Positions 24,753 to 38,918 of a stretch of DNA of 64,000 nt are shown one piece after another. Origin of the DNA: Octopus vulgaris. Lineage: Eukaryota. The notes under the pieces are model-generated. The model searched no databases and was not told the DNA's origin. It was given only the letters and a program-made list of their open reading frames with translations. The first letter of the stretch is position 1. Each line of letters starts with the position of its first letter. Location: positions 181,474,001-181,538,000 of the forward strand of contig OX597816.1 in assembly GCA_951406725.2 (NCBI GenBank), in the 5' to 3' direction. The position numbers and the translations under genes were made by a program.

Positions 24753-25427
24753 AAGGATCTATTATATTGAAGGATCATAACTTGAAGATTTGTCACGACA
24801 AGACTGAATTCTTTCTCAACGAATTTAACTATAGTTAAGTAGTGAGAAAAAAGGAAGAAAGAGAGAAAGAAAGAGAGAGGGAGAGGGAGAAGGAGAGGTA
24901 GAGAGACAGAGAGAGGGAGAGGGAGAGATAGAGAGACAGAGAAAGATTAATTAAAATTATTGTTGTACCGAGGAGAGAAAAATAAAGGATCAATTACAAT
25001 GTTAATTAAATTTGGTGGAGGTAAAAATGTGATAACTCCAAAGTATTAATTGTTTAAAAGTATAATTATGTATGCAATGAGAAGACAGAAATATTAGTTG
25101 GGGGGTAATAAATAATATGATGTTGGCAATAACGGGAGCAATCCTGGACATGTTTTAGTTTTATTAGATTGTGTTAGTCTTTCCCAGTATGGGTCAGATA
25201 TTTATAGTGATAGACGATTACTATCCAGAGCAGGGCTTCTCCATCTTTTTTGCCCTGCGATGCGCTTCGATTTTTAAAAAATAAAAAACCCTGCGCCATA
25301 CCATCAATCAGACAAAGTTAGTATACAGTATATAGAATATACTTTTTCAATATCAGTGTCAATCGATACTGGAAAAAGTATATGTATTTGTGAAGGGAAC
25401 CGACTTCTCATCGACAACTATGATTGT

Positions 25428-25472
25428 CATACGCCGATGACGGGTCAATACCCTGAAACTCGAGTCCGTGTG
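25428..25472 (+). ncRNA. Minimal type I hammerhead (U4C core change) at the tip of a rod-like hairpin
   Basis: CATACG | CCGATGA c GGGT caat ACCC t | GAAA CTCGAG TC | CGTGTG. Flanks 25384-25399 pair with 25502-25517. Confidence 0.7.
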
Positions 25473-25659
25473 TATCATAAGTTGAAGACGGGAAGGATGG
25501 CTTCCCTTCGCAAATACTGATAGGGCACAGAAAGTGTGTCTATAGCCAGCTGGAGGAGGTGTCCTCCTGGGGCTACAAACTACAGTAACATCCACCCTTA
25601 GGGGTTAGCCATATTCAAATGGCAAATATACGTCACGATATATATATATATATATAGAC

Positions 25660-25905
25660 GCGCCCTTTTAAAGCCTAGCCAGGCTCATGGGCCCGGTTTC
25701 CCGGTTTCTATGGCGTATGTGTTCTCCAGCTGGACGGGATGCCAGTCCATCGCAGCGTTACTCACTTTTGCCAGCTGAGTGGACTGGAGCAACGTGAAAT
25801 GAAGTGTTTTGCTCAAGAACACAATGCATCACCCGGTCCAGGAATCGAAAGCACAATCTCACGATATTGATGCTGACACCCTAACCATTAAGCCACGCGC
25901 CTCCA
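25660..25905 (-). mobile_element. tRNA-derived SINE, family E
   Basis: tRNA-like head followed by a GTGTTCTTGAGCAA core shared with family D. Confidence 0.85.
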
Positions 25906-26250
25906 CTTACGGCATATAGGTATACTGAAAAAAATAGTTTAAAATCTTTATTCCAATTTTTTTCACGTTTGTTTCTTATTTACGTCCCATTCTGAGGTCA
26001 CCTCAGAACGAGGCGAACATAAGATTGTTGCGCTCCATCTTGACAAGAACTGATTAAAGATATACATGAGATGCGCACCTCTTGATATCTGATAATATGA
26101 TACACCGTATTTACTCATGTATGAGGTGCACCCCTAATTTAGTGTTAATTCTTAGTAGAAAATTTTTGCCGATTCGCTAAGTTGCAAGAACGTAAACAAA
26201 CCAACACCCGTTGTAAACTGGTGTTGCGGGACAAACACAAAACCAGACAG

Positions 26251-26295
<45 letters not shown>

Positions 26296-26298
<3 letters not shown>

Positions 26299-27144
26299 GG
26301 TGGTGTCCAAAAGTAACCGGAAACGTTCTCTGTGAGACAAACCCGTTGTAGTTCAGGCTTCTGCCGCTAGAAGTCACTTGATGCAACCCTCAGGCATCAG
26401 TCTGCCGACCGGAGTCGTCGTCGTCGTCTTCGGTCGTACTGTCACGTGATGCTTCTTTGCTTTCCAGTGCTTCTTTCCTGCGCGTCGATTTTTTCGATGG
26501 CTGAAACGAAGGAACAGCGTGCTTCCGTGAAATTTTGTTTTCTTCTGGGGAAAACCGCAGCCAGAACAGTTGTCATACTTCAAACAGCTTACAACGACGC
26601 TGCTATGAGCAAAACACAAGTTTACGAGTGGCTCGAACGCTTTAAGAATGGTCACTTGTCGCTTGAAGACCAAACTCGTTCGGGACGACCGTCGACCTCC
26701 TGAACGAATGAAAATTCAAGAAATGATCTTGGAAGGCCATCATCGAATTGCCGATGAATTCTGAGCGAGGAATTACGAATGAAAAGAGTTTCAGCAAAAT
26801 TTGTGCCTCACTCACGGAAGATCAAAAGCAGCTGCGACTGAATGCGTGTCGTGAACTAAAAGAATAGATGGAAGTTGTTCTGAGCCTTTTTCAATGGTCA
26901 TCACTGGTGACGAAAGCTGTTGCTCCGGATTTTGCAGATATGGAAGAGGGGAAGAAAACACGATGGAGGCGTTAAAAGGCACAACTTCGCAAGAGTTCCA
27001 GCACTGCTTCGAATAGTGGGAAAAGCCCCTGGACCGATGCATTACTTCAAATGGAGAATACTTTGAAGGCGAAAAAGTATAAACATGTGAAACAAAGTGA
27101 ATAAAATAATATTGCGAAATTCCGATTCCTTTTGGGTACTCATT

Positions 27145-27146
<2 letters not shown>
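26296..27146 (+). mobile_element. Internally deleted mariner element with transposase pseudogene
   Basis: EQRASVKFCFLLGKTA...VYEWLERFKNG...RSGRPSTS (mariner HTH), VSAKFVPH, VITGDES and C-terminal DRCITSNGEYFEG. Imperfect TIRs of about 27 bp. Confidence 0.9.
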
Positions 27147-27213
<67 letters not shown>

Positions 27214-27622
27214 GCATATATATGTATATTTACACGATAGGCCTCTTTCAGTTTCCGTCGACTAAATCCACTCACAATGCTTTTGATCCTTTGCCCAGGA
27301 GCCACGCAATGGGACTGAACCCAAAACCATGTGGGTGGAAAGCAAACTTCTTACCACACACACACACACATACACACACACTCTCTCTCACACACACACC
27401 TGCATCTATAGAATACACATACGTATTATTATTATTGGGGCAAAATGCTTCGAGGCATTTCGTCCATCCTTACATTCTGAGTTCAAATTCTGCCGAGGTC
27501 GACTTTGCCTTTCATCCTTTCGGAGTAGATTAAATAAGTACCAGTGAAATACTAGGGTCAATGTGATTGACTTACCCCCTCCCGCCAAATTTCAGCCCTT
27601 GTACCTATAGTAGAAAGGATTA

Positions 27623-27659
<37 letters not shown>

Positions 27660-27660
<1 letters not shown>

Positions 27661-28184
27661 GAGTGAGAGAGCAGTGCATGCCATCAAAGTGACACTGAGG
27701 TAAAATATACGAAGCCCAGTATACCCACCATGACTACCCGTCTGATAAGGGTACACCAGGCACGTGCATCACAACCATATGTACGTGACATGGTGATCTC
27801 ATACCAAGATAAACAGCGCATGACCTTGCAGGTGGGGCCCAGTCACAATTTTCTTCAGGTCAGAGTAGCCCATTCGCTCAAAAGGTCCCTGAATAAGAAC
27901 TGTTTAAGGATGTTGAACGAACCAACCATGTTTCCAAAGGTGAATTATTCAAACCCCAAAGAATTCCTCTCAACACATGGTTATGATGCTCCCCCACTGC
28001 TTCTGCTCGTGGTCAGAGATGCACATATTGTCAGCCACCAAGGGACACGCTCAAGTAGCTGAGGTCAAGGCTGTGGTATTGAGCAGAACATTTGCTGTAG
28101 CCTATCTTTTATACCAAGACAAAACAATGTGTATGATAACTCTTCCAATCAGTTAAGATCAGGAGCCATGAGAACCACTATCTA

Positions 28185-28185
<1 letters not shown>
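27660..28185. repeat. Unclassified interspersed repeat embedded in (TAT)n
   Basis: Flanked by (TAT)n on both sides. 27965-28022 is homologous to 34713-34770. Confidence 0.6.
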
Positions 28186-28239
<54 letters not shown>

Positions 28240-28562
28240 TTTACTTGTTTCAGTCATTTGACTGTGGCCATGCTGGAGCACCGCCTTTAGTCGAGCAAAT
28301 CGACCCCGGGACTTATTCTATCCGGTTCTTTTGTCAAACCGCAAGGTTACGGGGACGTAAACATACCAGTATCGGTTGTCAAGCGATGTTGGAGGAACAA
28401 ACACAGACACACAAGCATGTACATACACGTACATATATATATATACATATACATATAAACGACAGGCTTCTTTCAGCTTCAGTCTACCAAATCCACTCAC
28501 AAGGTTTTGGTCGGTCCGAGGCTATAGTAGGAGATACTTGCCCAATGTGCCACGTAGTGGGA

Positions 28563-28658
<96 letters not shown>

Positions 28659-30391
28659 ATTATTATAATTATTATTATTATTATTATTTTAATTTTTGCT
28701 GTTCACTTATCCGAAGTCCTTAAATTCTCTCGTCAGTGGTAGTCAGATATATGGTTAAAAAAGCAAAAACAAAAAAACTAACAAAAGACAGAGACAGAGA
28801 ACAACTAACGCGGTGTATTAGTTTGACGCTAAGGAAATATGGAAGAAGTCTTAAAGAAACCTCAACTTAAGAACTGTATGTTACCTAAATTAATTATCCA
28901 TTAGTGACCACTGAATAAACTTCTCCCTTATTTTCCCTGGACACCCTACATAGAGCTGGGACCTCATTTGCAAAATCGCTTTTGTTTGCTTTAATGAAAT
29001 ACACAGATATTCGTTTGTTTTATAGGCACATCGCTTTAAGACTCCCGTGTTTAACTCTAATGCCTGGATCTCGTCTTAAACATTAAAATTATCGATATAT
29101 TTGAGTTGCTTTTAAAGCCTCTATCTTAGAATCATTTCTTTCGTACCTTCAATCTGTCATAGCATTCGATGCAGGGTTTGTACTCTCGTCTATGATGAAT
29201 GAACCGACTAAAGAGAGCAGCTTCTACTATTATGTACCTTCATTAGCTTCTTCTTGTTCTTTCAATGTAGCAAATTTGTTTTGAAAGCTATGAGCTAGAG
29301 TAACAAACAAACAAACAAATAATGAAATGAAATAAAACGAATGTGTGTGTGTGTGTCTGATTCCTAACTCAGTGGGGTCTGCACCCTGCTGAGTTATACA
29401 GGTCAGTTCAGTTTAGCCATACAGCCAATCATAATGAGCTTCTTTTATAGTTTGGAAACGCTGTATATATATAAAATTTTATTTGAGTTGGAAACTTCTT
29501 TAAAGGATTAAAAGAAGTTAATAATTTGCCTGAATTTACTATCTTTAATTTACTGATTAAATGACTGGAGTTGGAGACGACCAGACTTCTGATCAACACG
29601 AAATGTCTTACAAGGTAAATCATTCCTTTCTAACGATTCAAACAGAATTTTAAAACAAAAACAAACTTGTGAAGGATATCACACACTAGTTTAAAGAAAC
29701 TTTATTTGATATCGTTTCTGGATAATGGTGTGTAAGAACATTTTGAATTTTCAAAATTGTATGTATTTGTACACACACACACACTCACACACACACACAC
29801 ACACACACACACATGCGTACCTATGTACATATACATACATACATGCAAACATACATAAAAGCCTATATTTTGTTTGATTTTATTATTAACACTCACATAT
29901 GAGTTCAAATTCCGCAAGGGTCGACTTCGCCTTTCATCCTTTCGGGGTCGATTAAAGAAGCACCAGTCATGCACTGGGGTCGGCAATCGACTTAATCCCT
30001 TCCCCCAAATTTGAAGATTATTAACACACACACACACACACACATATGTGCTTCATTTTGCTATTTCATTTTGATTGCCTCCTCCTTCTCTCTCTTTCTC
30101 TCTCTCTCGAGTTATCTATTTACACACACACATATACACACAGACTTATACGCATATACACACAGACTTATACGCATATACACACATCCGCACGCGAACA
30201 CACACACACACACACACACATTACTTTTTCATATAACGACCTGAAATGACTTCCTTCTCTTTTTCATTCTTTTCTCATTTCCATTTATATTTATTTAATT
30301 TTTTTTTATTTATATATTTATTTATTCTTTTTCCTGGTCTGATGTTTTGGATCGCAGCCACACTGTAGCGCCATCTTCTTATTTCAGTCTG

Positions 30392-30463
<72 letters not shown>

Positions 30464-30526
30464 AGACACAGACACAGACACACACACACAGACACACACA
30501 CACACAGACACACAGACACACACACA

Positions 30527-30565
<39 letters not shown>

Positions 30566-30588
30566 ACACACACACACACACACACACG

Positions 30589-30664
<76 letters not shown>
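30392..30664. repeat. (CA)n/(CAGA) microsatellite
   Basis: Direct reading. Confidence 0.95.
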
Positions 30665-30666
<2 letters not shown>

Positions 30667-31302
30667 ATGTGCTTCGGAGGAGTTTGCGTCCACCAAATTC
30701 CACTTACCCGGCACCTACACGCCTAAAACTGCAAAAGAAGACATCATGCGCCCCCTGGCGCGTAGTAGGCTGTGTGGTAAGAAGCTTGCTTCCCAACCAG
30801 ATGGTTTCTAGGTTCAGTCGCAATGTGTGGCACTTTGGGCCAAGGGTATTCTATTCTAGCCTTGATCCAACCAAAGCCTTGTGAGCGGATTTGACGGAAA
30901 CTGAAAGAAGCCAGTCGAATATATATACAACAATACCTCACTTTATGAGGATTCGCTTTACGAGAGCCCGGGTTTACGAGTTTTATTTTTCAAGCACAAG
31001 ATCCAAATATTGAACGAAGTACAAAGGTTTCTACTACCATAACAAATGCTTCTGCGTGTTATCGAGACATTTATAGAGAGCGACACAAAGCTTCCTCTAA
31101 GCAAACAAGTCTAGAGCTGCTTTTTTTTAAAGAAATCTACAAGTCTGTCAACGAGTGCTTGTGAATCAGCGATCGTGTCTGGAAGTGATGGTGTACGCGT
31201 GTCTGTGGAGTGCTCAGCCACTTGCACATTAATTTAACGAGCAAGCTGTTCCGTTGATCGGATCAACTGGAACCCTCGTTGTTGTACCCGACGGAGTGCC
31301 AG

Positions 31303-31350
<48 letters not shown>

Positions 31351-31862
31351 CTATGTATGCATGTCTTTGTGTCTGTATTTGTCACCCCCACCACCACCGC
31401 TTGACAACATGCGTTGGTGTGTTTGCGTCTCCGTAACTTAGCAGTTCTGCAAAAGAAACCGATAGAATAAGTACCTGGCTTAAAAAACAAGTACTGTGGC
31501 AGATTCGTTCGTCCAACCACATCGAACTATTTTATTTCATTCGTCACCAAAAACGATCGATTTTATTTCATTCGTCACCAAAAATGATCGATTTACGAAA
31601 AAATGTTTTATCTTGATCTCACGATTCTTCTTCTTTCAGATAAATCATTCACCTGGAAAATGGGCTGCCGAGAAGAACATTCCAGGTGATTCCTTGGAGG
31701 TGGATCTGTTGGAAGTGGCTAAACGCCTTATTGTTTTCGGTATGTGCTTATCTATTTACATATTTTGCTAACATGTATTGCGTTTTAGTGATAAAACATG
31801 AGTTTGTCACTAAGAACAGAGGACTGATTGTGAATACGGAATATTATTAATATCCGGGTATA

Positions 31863-32359
31863 CCGTAAATCCTCGAGTATAGTCCGCCCTTGAGTATAAT
31901 ACGCAGGGGATTTTAGGGGACCGTACCTCTGAAAAACCTAAACCTTTTGTATAATACGCACTCCTTCTCTAACTTGAGTCAAGGAGGTCTATATACCGTC
32001 CTTGGTTTGTAAACGTCCTTTATTATTATTGTATATATAACATGATGCAAACGTGTAGCTTTTTTGTGCATTTTGTTTGCAGAAAATAAAGAAATAACAG
32101 TAATAACGTTTAATAAATGTTGCTTACTGCAAGTTATGGATGATTCTTTTATAACTTCATTGCTTTCAGGCTTAGCTTAAGGTATTTTCGCGCCCGACAT
32201 CACAAAATGCGTCTGAATCAACATTGTCGGACAGCAAATAGAGACTCGGACATTGCTTAGAAAATAATTTTCATTTTTAACCTCGTATATAGTACGCACT
32301 AGGGATTTTGACCTTTAAATTTTTTGGGAAAAATGCGGATTATACTTGAGGATTTACGG
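31863..32359. mobile_element. Tc1/mariner-superfamily (pogo/Tigger-like) MITE
   Basis: TIRs CCGTAAATCCTCGAGTATAGTCCGC and GCGGATTATACTTGAGGATTTACGG. TA duplication at 31861-31862 and 32360-32361. Subterminal GTATAATACGCA repeats. Confidence 0.9.
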
Positions 32360-32361
32360 TA

Positions 32362-33300
32362 TTCCCAATGTTAAATGGAAGTCATAATGCCAAGGAATTA
32401 ACTCGTAAACATTCTGAATGTTTTTAGGGGAATTTTGAGCCATTCTTCTCGTAGAACCTGCTTTAGCTCTTTCGGGGACAATGGTGGAGGGGAGCTCATT
32501 ACTTGCTATTCCAGAGATCCAGTGATTGATAGGGACTAATTCAAGTGGTCTGTTTTACTCTTGTGCTCTTTGTGTCAATTTTGAATAACATTAGCTGTGA
32601 GAATCGGCGTATTATATACCTGGAAAGATTTCACTACTATCAAGGAACAGGGTTTTTATCGCAGGATGGAGATGATCTGCCGAAATACTTAAATGATCCT
32701 TGATATTAACCCTGTCGTGTAGAGCAATGAAATGGTCAAGAGAATTTTCTGATATGGCTGCCCAAATCACCGCAGAGCCACAGCCTTATTTTACGGTAGG
32801 GACCAAAGACTCAGGACTGAAGGTTTCTTTGGGCTGTCTCCAGATATAAACTTGCCCTGAGGGAAAAATTCAATGATGATTCATCAGAGATGATGATGTG
32901 ATGACGTGGCTCCATTGAGCTATTGACCACTTCCTCTTGTCTAGTCTCCGCTTTCCCCATTTATCGATGTTGATGGTGTACAGGAGAGGCTTAGCAATTG
33001 TAGCCTCCTCACGGAATACAGTTTTATGGTTCACTCAATGGCTTCAGTTGAATCAGATTGGGCAAGGCACTGGTTTAACTCTGCTGTCACTTATGCTGTC
33101 GTAGTTCGATGGTTTTCAAATACAATACGTTTAACCATTCTGCGGTTTTCTCCGTGAGCCTTGTCTTCTGTCAAGAATTATACTTGCCAGAGATGGTTTT
33201 GTCTTGGTTTTGGAATGCCAGTACGATTTTAGAATTGCTGATAAAGAAGCTCTTTCTACACCACAAGGGTAGGGTCTGTTAGGAGTTACAAAATATTCGG
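32362..33300 (-). pseudogene. Tc1-like DDE transposase relic
   Basis: The minus strand reads ISDESS, VIWAAISE, PFIALHDRVN, IFQVYNTPILTA (consensus FQQDNAPxHTA) and a decayed SPDLNPIE-like region. Confidence 0.75.
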
Positions 33301-33559
33301 CATCTGATATACAGTTTTGTTTCTTCTTTTGTTTTATGATGCAAAATTATGTTTGGTATTTTTTTGCTGCTGTTGTTGCTTAGGCAATATCGGATCTCAG
33401 AGAACAACCTTGTGATCAAATGCATTCAAGCTGTAATCGTCTCACCCTTTTTTTTTATTTATATATAAAAGTACCTACATTATCCATTCTAATGAATACA
33501 AGGTAACGGGGTATATTCCTAGCTATGATAGTTAAGTTTTTTTTTATATGGAAATATAC

Positions 33560-33790
33560 TCTTTTACTCTTTTACTCTTTTACTTGTTTCAGTCATTTGA
33601 CTGCGGCCATGCTGGAGCACCGCCTTTAGTCGAGCAAATCGACCCCGGGACTTATTCTTTCTAAGCCCAGTACTTATTCTATCGGTCTCTTTTGCCGAAC
33701 CGCTAAGTGACGGGGACGTAAACAGACCAGCATCAGTTGTCAAACAGACAAACACAGACACACAAACACACACGCACACACACACATATA

Positions 33791-33862
<72 letters not shown>

Positions 33863-34016
33863 TACGACGGGCTTCTTTCAGTTTCCGTCTACCAAATCCA
33901 CTCACAAGGCATTGGTCGGCCCGAGGCTATAGTAGAAGACACTTGCCCAAGATGCCACGCAGTGGACTGAACCCGGAACCATGTGGTTGGTAAGCAAGCT
34001 ACTTACCACACAGCCA
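33560..34016 (-). mobile_element. tRNA-derived SINE, family A, near-full young copy
   Basis: Near-identical to 38919-39319 in reverse orientation. Confidence 0.9.
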
Positions 34017-34789
34017 GGAAGTCTACGAAAGAAAATAGAGTGTGAAGGGAAAAATTCTTAAAATTTATTCGTATCTCCTTATTGTTGCCGTTGTTGTTGA
34101 GCTACTGCTAATCCTGATTTAACAAACAGGATCAAAGGCATTCAAGACGTTACTTAGTTTATTGACATAAAACTACATTATCCAATGTATATCGGGCAGC
34201 AGGATGTGATCTGAAGGAGATTTAAGTGCTCTTTCTAGCAGATAAAATGATGGCGTAAAAGCACCTTCATTGGCTTGTTCTGGGCGAAGTTCTAAACGAC
34301 TGTAGGAGAAGGGAACATTCTTGAAATCTCATGGTGTCAACTTTACCTAAAGTTTGAGCTCTCAGTTGTTGTATCAGCAGACAAAAGAAAGATTTCAACT
34401 ATCTAATAATCTAAGGGATTATCGAATACAACGATAATGTGATGCAGTTTCGAATCAGAGTGTTTCTTCTAGGAGTCAGTATTCACACATGAATATGAGA
34501 GCCAGCAAGGGAACCATGTCTTTTAGACCAGTGGTTCTCAGTCATTTTTTGCCTTTGAACCCCATTGATTCCGATTTTATTCTACTGGATCCCCATGTTA
34601 AAAAGATCTTATATTTTTATAATTAAATTTTATTAACAATTGTATATAAAAGGTTGTTAAAATACCTTGTGTATTGTTGACGTATAAGTAAATTATTGTT
34701 CATAAAAAGGTATCCCTCTCAGCGCATGGCTATGATGTTGCCCTACTACTCCTGCTCATGATCAGAGATGTAGGATCTTTTCGGTTTGA

Positions 34790-35422
34790 ACGGCAGTTTT
34801 TAACATAATTTCTAGGTAACTAAAAAATTTTAAACTTCGTATACTGATAGAATGTGTTTATAAAACATCTTTTCCTCTTGGCTTTATTGAGAAAATTCTA
34901 TAGTTTGTAAGATATTTGGTCTCTAATTTCTTGTATTTCGGCAATTTCAACCAATCAATGACGTCTATTGAGGTGAAAACATTCTGTGCCGTATGAATAT
35001 GTCCCTCGTTTAAGAAACAGATTGGGTTTATTTACATTTGTGAAGAAAAAAAGATACCCTTCCCCCACCCCTAACCCTAACCCTAACTAACCCTATATCT
35101 ATTTTAGATTTAGGGTTAGTCAGAGGTAAATCTATCTGAAATGTAATGGAAAGTAGATCAGTTTCAAAACATTGATATCCAGGCCAAAAGCAAAATTCGA
35201 AGGATATTGTTGTAATTTCCTTTGATATCCAGATAGAAGCAAATAGGAAATACCAATTACTGACAAAAAACAAAAAACCAAAAAACAAACAAACAAAAAT
35301 TTACACAGAGCAAAGGGTTTTAAATGAGTAGTGCTCAGAAAATTAACATGTACCTTCAAAGAGAATTTTAAAAATTGAAATTACGAAATCTAAATTAGGG
35401 TAGGTATGCTAAAAATTGCCGT
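34790..35422. mobile_element. TIR-bounded non-autonomous element with internal (CCCTAA)n
   Basis: Inverted ends ACGGCAGTTTTTAACATA and TATGCTAAAAATTGCCGT. CCCTAA repeats at 35069-35095 and TTAGGG at about 35110 and about 35395. Confidence 0.55.
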
Positions 35423-35465
35423 GGGAACAATCTAGTGTTTGTTGTGTTGTTCCGATAGATTATTA

Positions 35466-35521
<56 letters not shown>

Positions 35522-35852
35522 CTTTGTGCATGTCTTTTTTTTCTTCATTAATTTAAGTTCATCTCCTTTCAGTTACTAAAAAGACATTAACTTCTCATAA
35601 ACAATAAAATTGGTTTTAACAATTTGCTTTAGAGTAAGACGAGGGATTGGCAGGAAATTGTGGCAACTGCGCAAGGTCATAAATTCAAAAGTGTTGCAAT
35701 TCAGAATAGTTGCAATCGTGCCGCGTAGTAAGTCACAAAATCTACTCATTTCAATTGGCCTACCTTCCTACCTACCTACGTACCTACCTACCTACCTACC
35801 TACCTTCCTACCTATATACCTACTTACCTATACACACGTACGCACACACATA

Positions 35853-35912
<60 letters not shown>

Positions 35913-36482
35913 CACATAAATATATACACACATGTAATGTTTGTGTGTGTGTATTTTGACAAATTTAAATAATTTTACTTACATGTTTTGGTGTAGAATT
36001 TTTTATATGTAACTATATTTGTTTGAATTTTTTATTGTAAAGCGAAAACACGCTTAAAGTTGAATTTTTCCTGGTTCTATAAAGAGAGAAGGTTATGAAA
36101 TTGTTTATTGATAATTTAAATTTTGTGACTTAAAAAAAATACTATTCTTATGTTTTACGTGATATGCTTCTGGGAGGACCCATTCAAATCCCTGCGCTGC
36201 TGTTGTTATCATGAGGTCATTCTCAAAGACCCTGATGGATGGTTGTCTTATTCCTGTCTTACTGAGAGAATCCCCGCACCCCTTCTCTGCTGGTTTGACC
36301 GGCATGTTCATTACTAACGCAAAAAGAGACACTGACATCGTTCACCCTCTTATCATCCCCTACTTCTAGTTGGTGCTGGTCAGATGTCAGCTGACCAGAG
36401 GAAACCCTCAATCTGAACCTGTAGGTCTTTTATGAAGTCTTTTATCTTTTGGGCTACATGTGTCTCTCTAGTACAATACCAG

Positions 36483-36615
36483 AGGGCGAACACTCTCCAG
36501 GGATACAGGCATCCAGCAACAGGACCTACGTAATGCCATGATAGACCGTGAAGTCTGGCGTAGCATGGTAAATTTCATTGTCTCGACCACGGTCGAACAA
36601 TGATGATGATGATGA
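36483..36615 (+). mobile_element. RTE-clade LINE 3' end
   Basis: SRDTGIQQQDLRNAMIDREVWRSMV followed by a (GAT)n tail. Confidence 0.75.
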
Positions 36616-37597
36616 GTGCAACTTCATTCAACTTGTGTGGTATCGAGCCATAAAATTTGACCAGGTCCAGTCACAATACAACTCGGACTGGACCTGTTGT
36701 GCCTCCCTGATGAGCTGTGTCACCACACAAATGGATTTAAGGCATCCGGGAACTCCTAGCTTATTTCCCTTCTGCACCGACGTGTCGCTGTAACTATCGT
36801 TCATCAGAAAGTTGGTGAGTCTCTTGAACACATTGCGCCTACGCTGAGAAAGGAGATCAAGTAATACTGGTCGATATTCTCAGCTCTCTTATTTTTGCGT
36901 GTGCATACCTTTTCATTATATCTCTATGATTGGGAAACCTTCCATCCTTCAAATCACCTTCAGATCCTTTCAAAGTCGATAGAATAGCTTTGAAAAATTC
37001 TTATAAATCTTGTACAGGACTCCACTTGGGGATGGTGTTGAGTTAGATCCTTAACTTCTTTCACTTGTCATGCAAAAGTCCTCGAAGCTCAATTACACTG
37101 TTGGTTTTAGCGATCTCATAAGCCCCTTGCAGGAGCCAATATAGCCCATGATCAGAAGCCTCTTAGCCGTGACCATCCCATCTTTTTCTAGCATCCTGAT
37201 CCCAGGAATATATGATCCAATGTGACCTTTTTTAAGACAGTAGAATGTGATTCCAGGGAGATTTAGCTCTCATTTCTATCAAATCGAGCGACTAATAGAC
37301 GTTCCCTCGTCGACTGGTTATAATTCTAATGTTATTTATCAGTAAAGTATTAAAAATATTTAGTGTTAAAACAATGTGAAATGAATATATATATATATGA
37401 GAATGCAAAAAATGGGACAAGAATGCAACAGGCGACAACAAAACATCTAGACTGTTAGATGATACAAGAAGATACAAGAAAAAACAAGGACGGATCATTC
37501 GGAGTTTTCTTTCATCAGTCGAGTTCTAGATTATCTTTTCAGTTTCGGCTGGTTATTCTCGAGACTGCTCCAATCTGGATATATTTAATTATATATG

Positions 37598-37664
<67 letters not shown>

Positions 37665-37707
37665 TGTATGTATCTATCTATCTATCTCTCTCTCTCTCTC
37701 TCTCTCT

Positions 37708-37786
<79 letters not shown>

Positions 37787-38134
37787 CATGTGTGTGTGTA
37801 TGTATGTGAAAGAGAAGAAACGATTTTTTAATATAGACAATGTACTCTTCTAAAAAGATAAAATAACTTGGTCGCACTTAAGAAAATAACTCGAATATAA
37901 ACAATAGAGTCTTATAAGACACGGTTTTTATTATTTTCCTCTCTTGTCCAGATTGTTAAGTGTAGGTTATGGCACAGAGTGTAGATTATGGCTGTCACTG
38001 CTATTAATTTAGAATTTATTTCGTAAATAACAATTTTAAGCAAATATATAAATGAATACACAAATAAGGCGAAATATTTATCAGTAAACTGTGCCAGTCT
38101 TCATTGTTGTTGCAGAATTATTACAGATAATGAT

Positions 38135-38523
<389 letters not shown>

Positions 38524-38547
38524 CATATGTATGTGTGCATGTGTGTG

Positions 38548-38742
38548 TATGAGGGGTTGCTGAAAAGTTATTGGCTTTAAGGGCAGCGCAAAAGCCTGGT
38601 TGGAGGCCTTATCTTCCGAGTTCTTTTACAGAGCTTGGAAATACTGAAGGACTGCTACAACAAGTGTGTGAAGCTGAGATGCGAATAGATTGAACAAAAT
38701 CACAATTAACTGGTCCTCCTGTATTTTCAGCTCACCCTCGTA
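38548..38742 (+). mobile_element. Mariner-derived MITE
   Basis: TA-bounded TIRs TATGAGGGGTTGCTGAAAA and TTTTCAGCTCACCCTCGTA. Internal remnant of a transposase C-terminus (KCVKLRCE*IE). Confidence 0.75.
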
Positions 38743-38850
38743 TGTGTGTGTGTGTGTGTGTGTGTATAATTTGTGTGTGTGTATATATAATGTATGTATC
38801 TATGTGTGTATATGTATGTGTGTGTATATATATAATATTAATACATATAT

Positions 38851-38914
<64 letters not shown>

Positions 38915-38918
38915 TATA

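Noticed and set aside
32881-32890. CTGATGA on the minus strand
   Set aside because: Part of the Tc1 SDES codons, with no stem II or GAAA.
36707-36760. CTGATGAG followed by a small hairpin
   Set aside because: No GAAA in register and no stem I.
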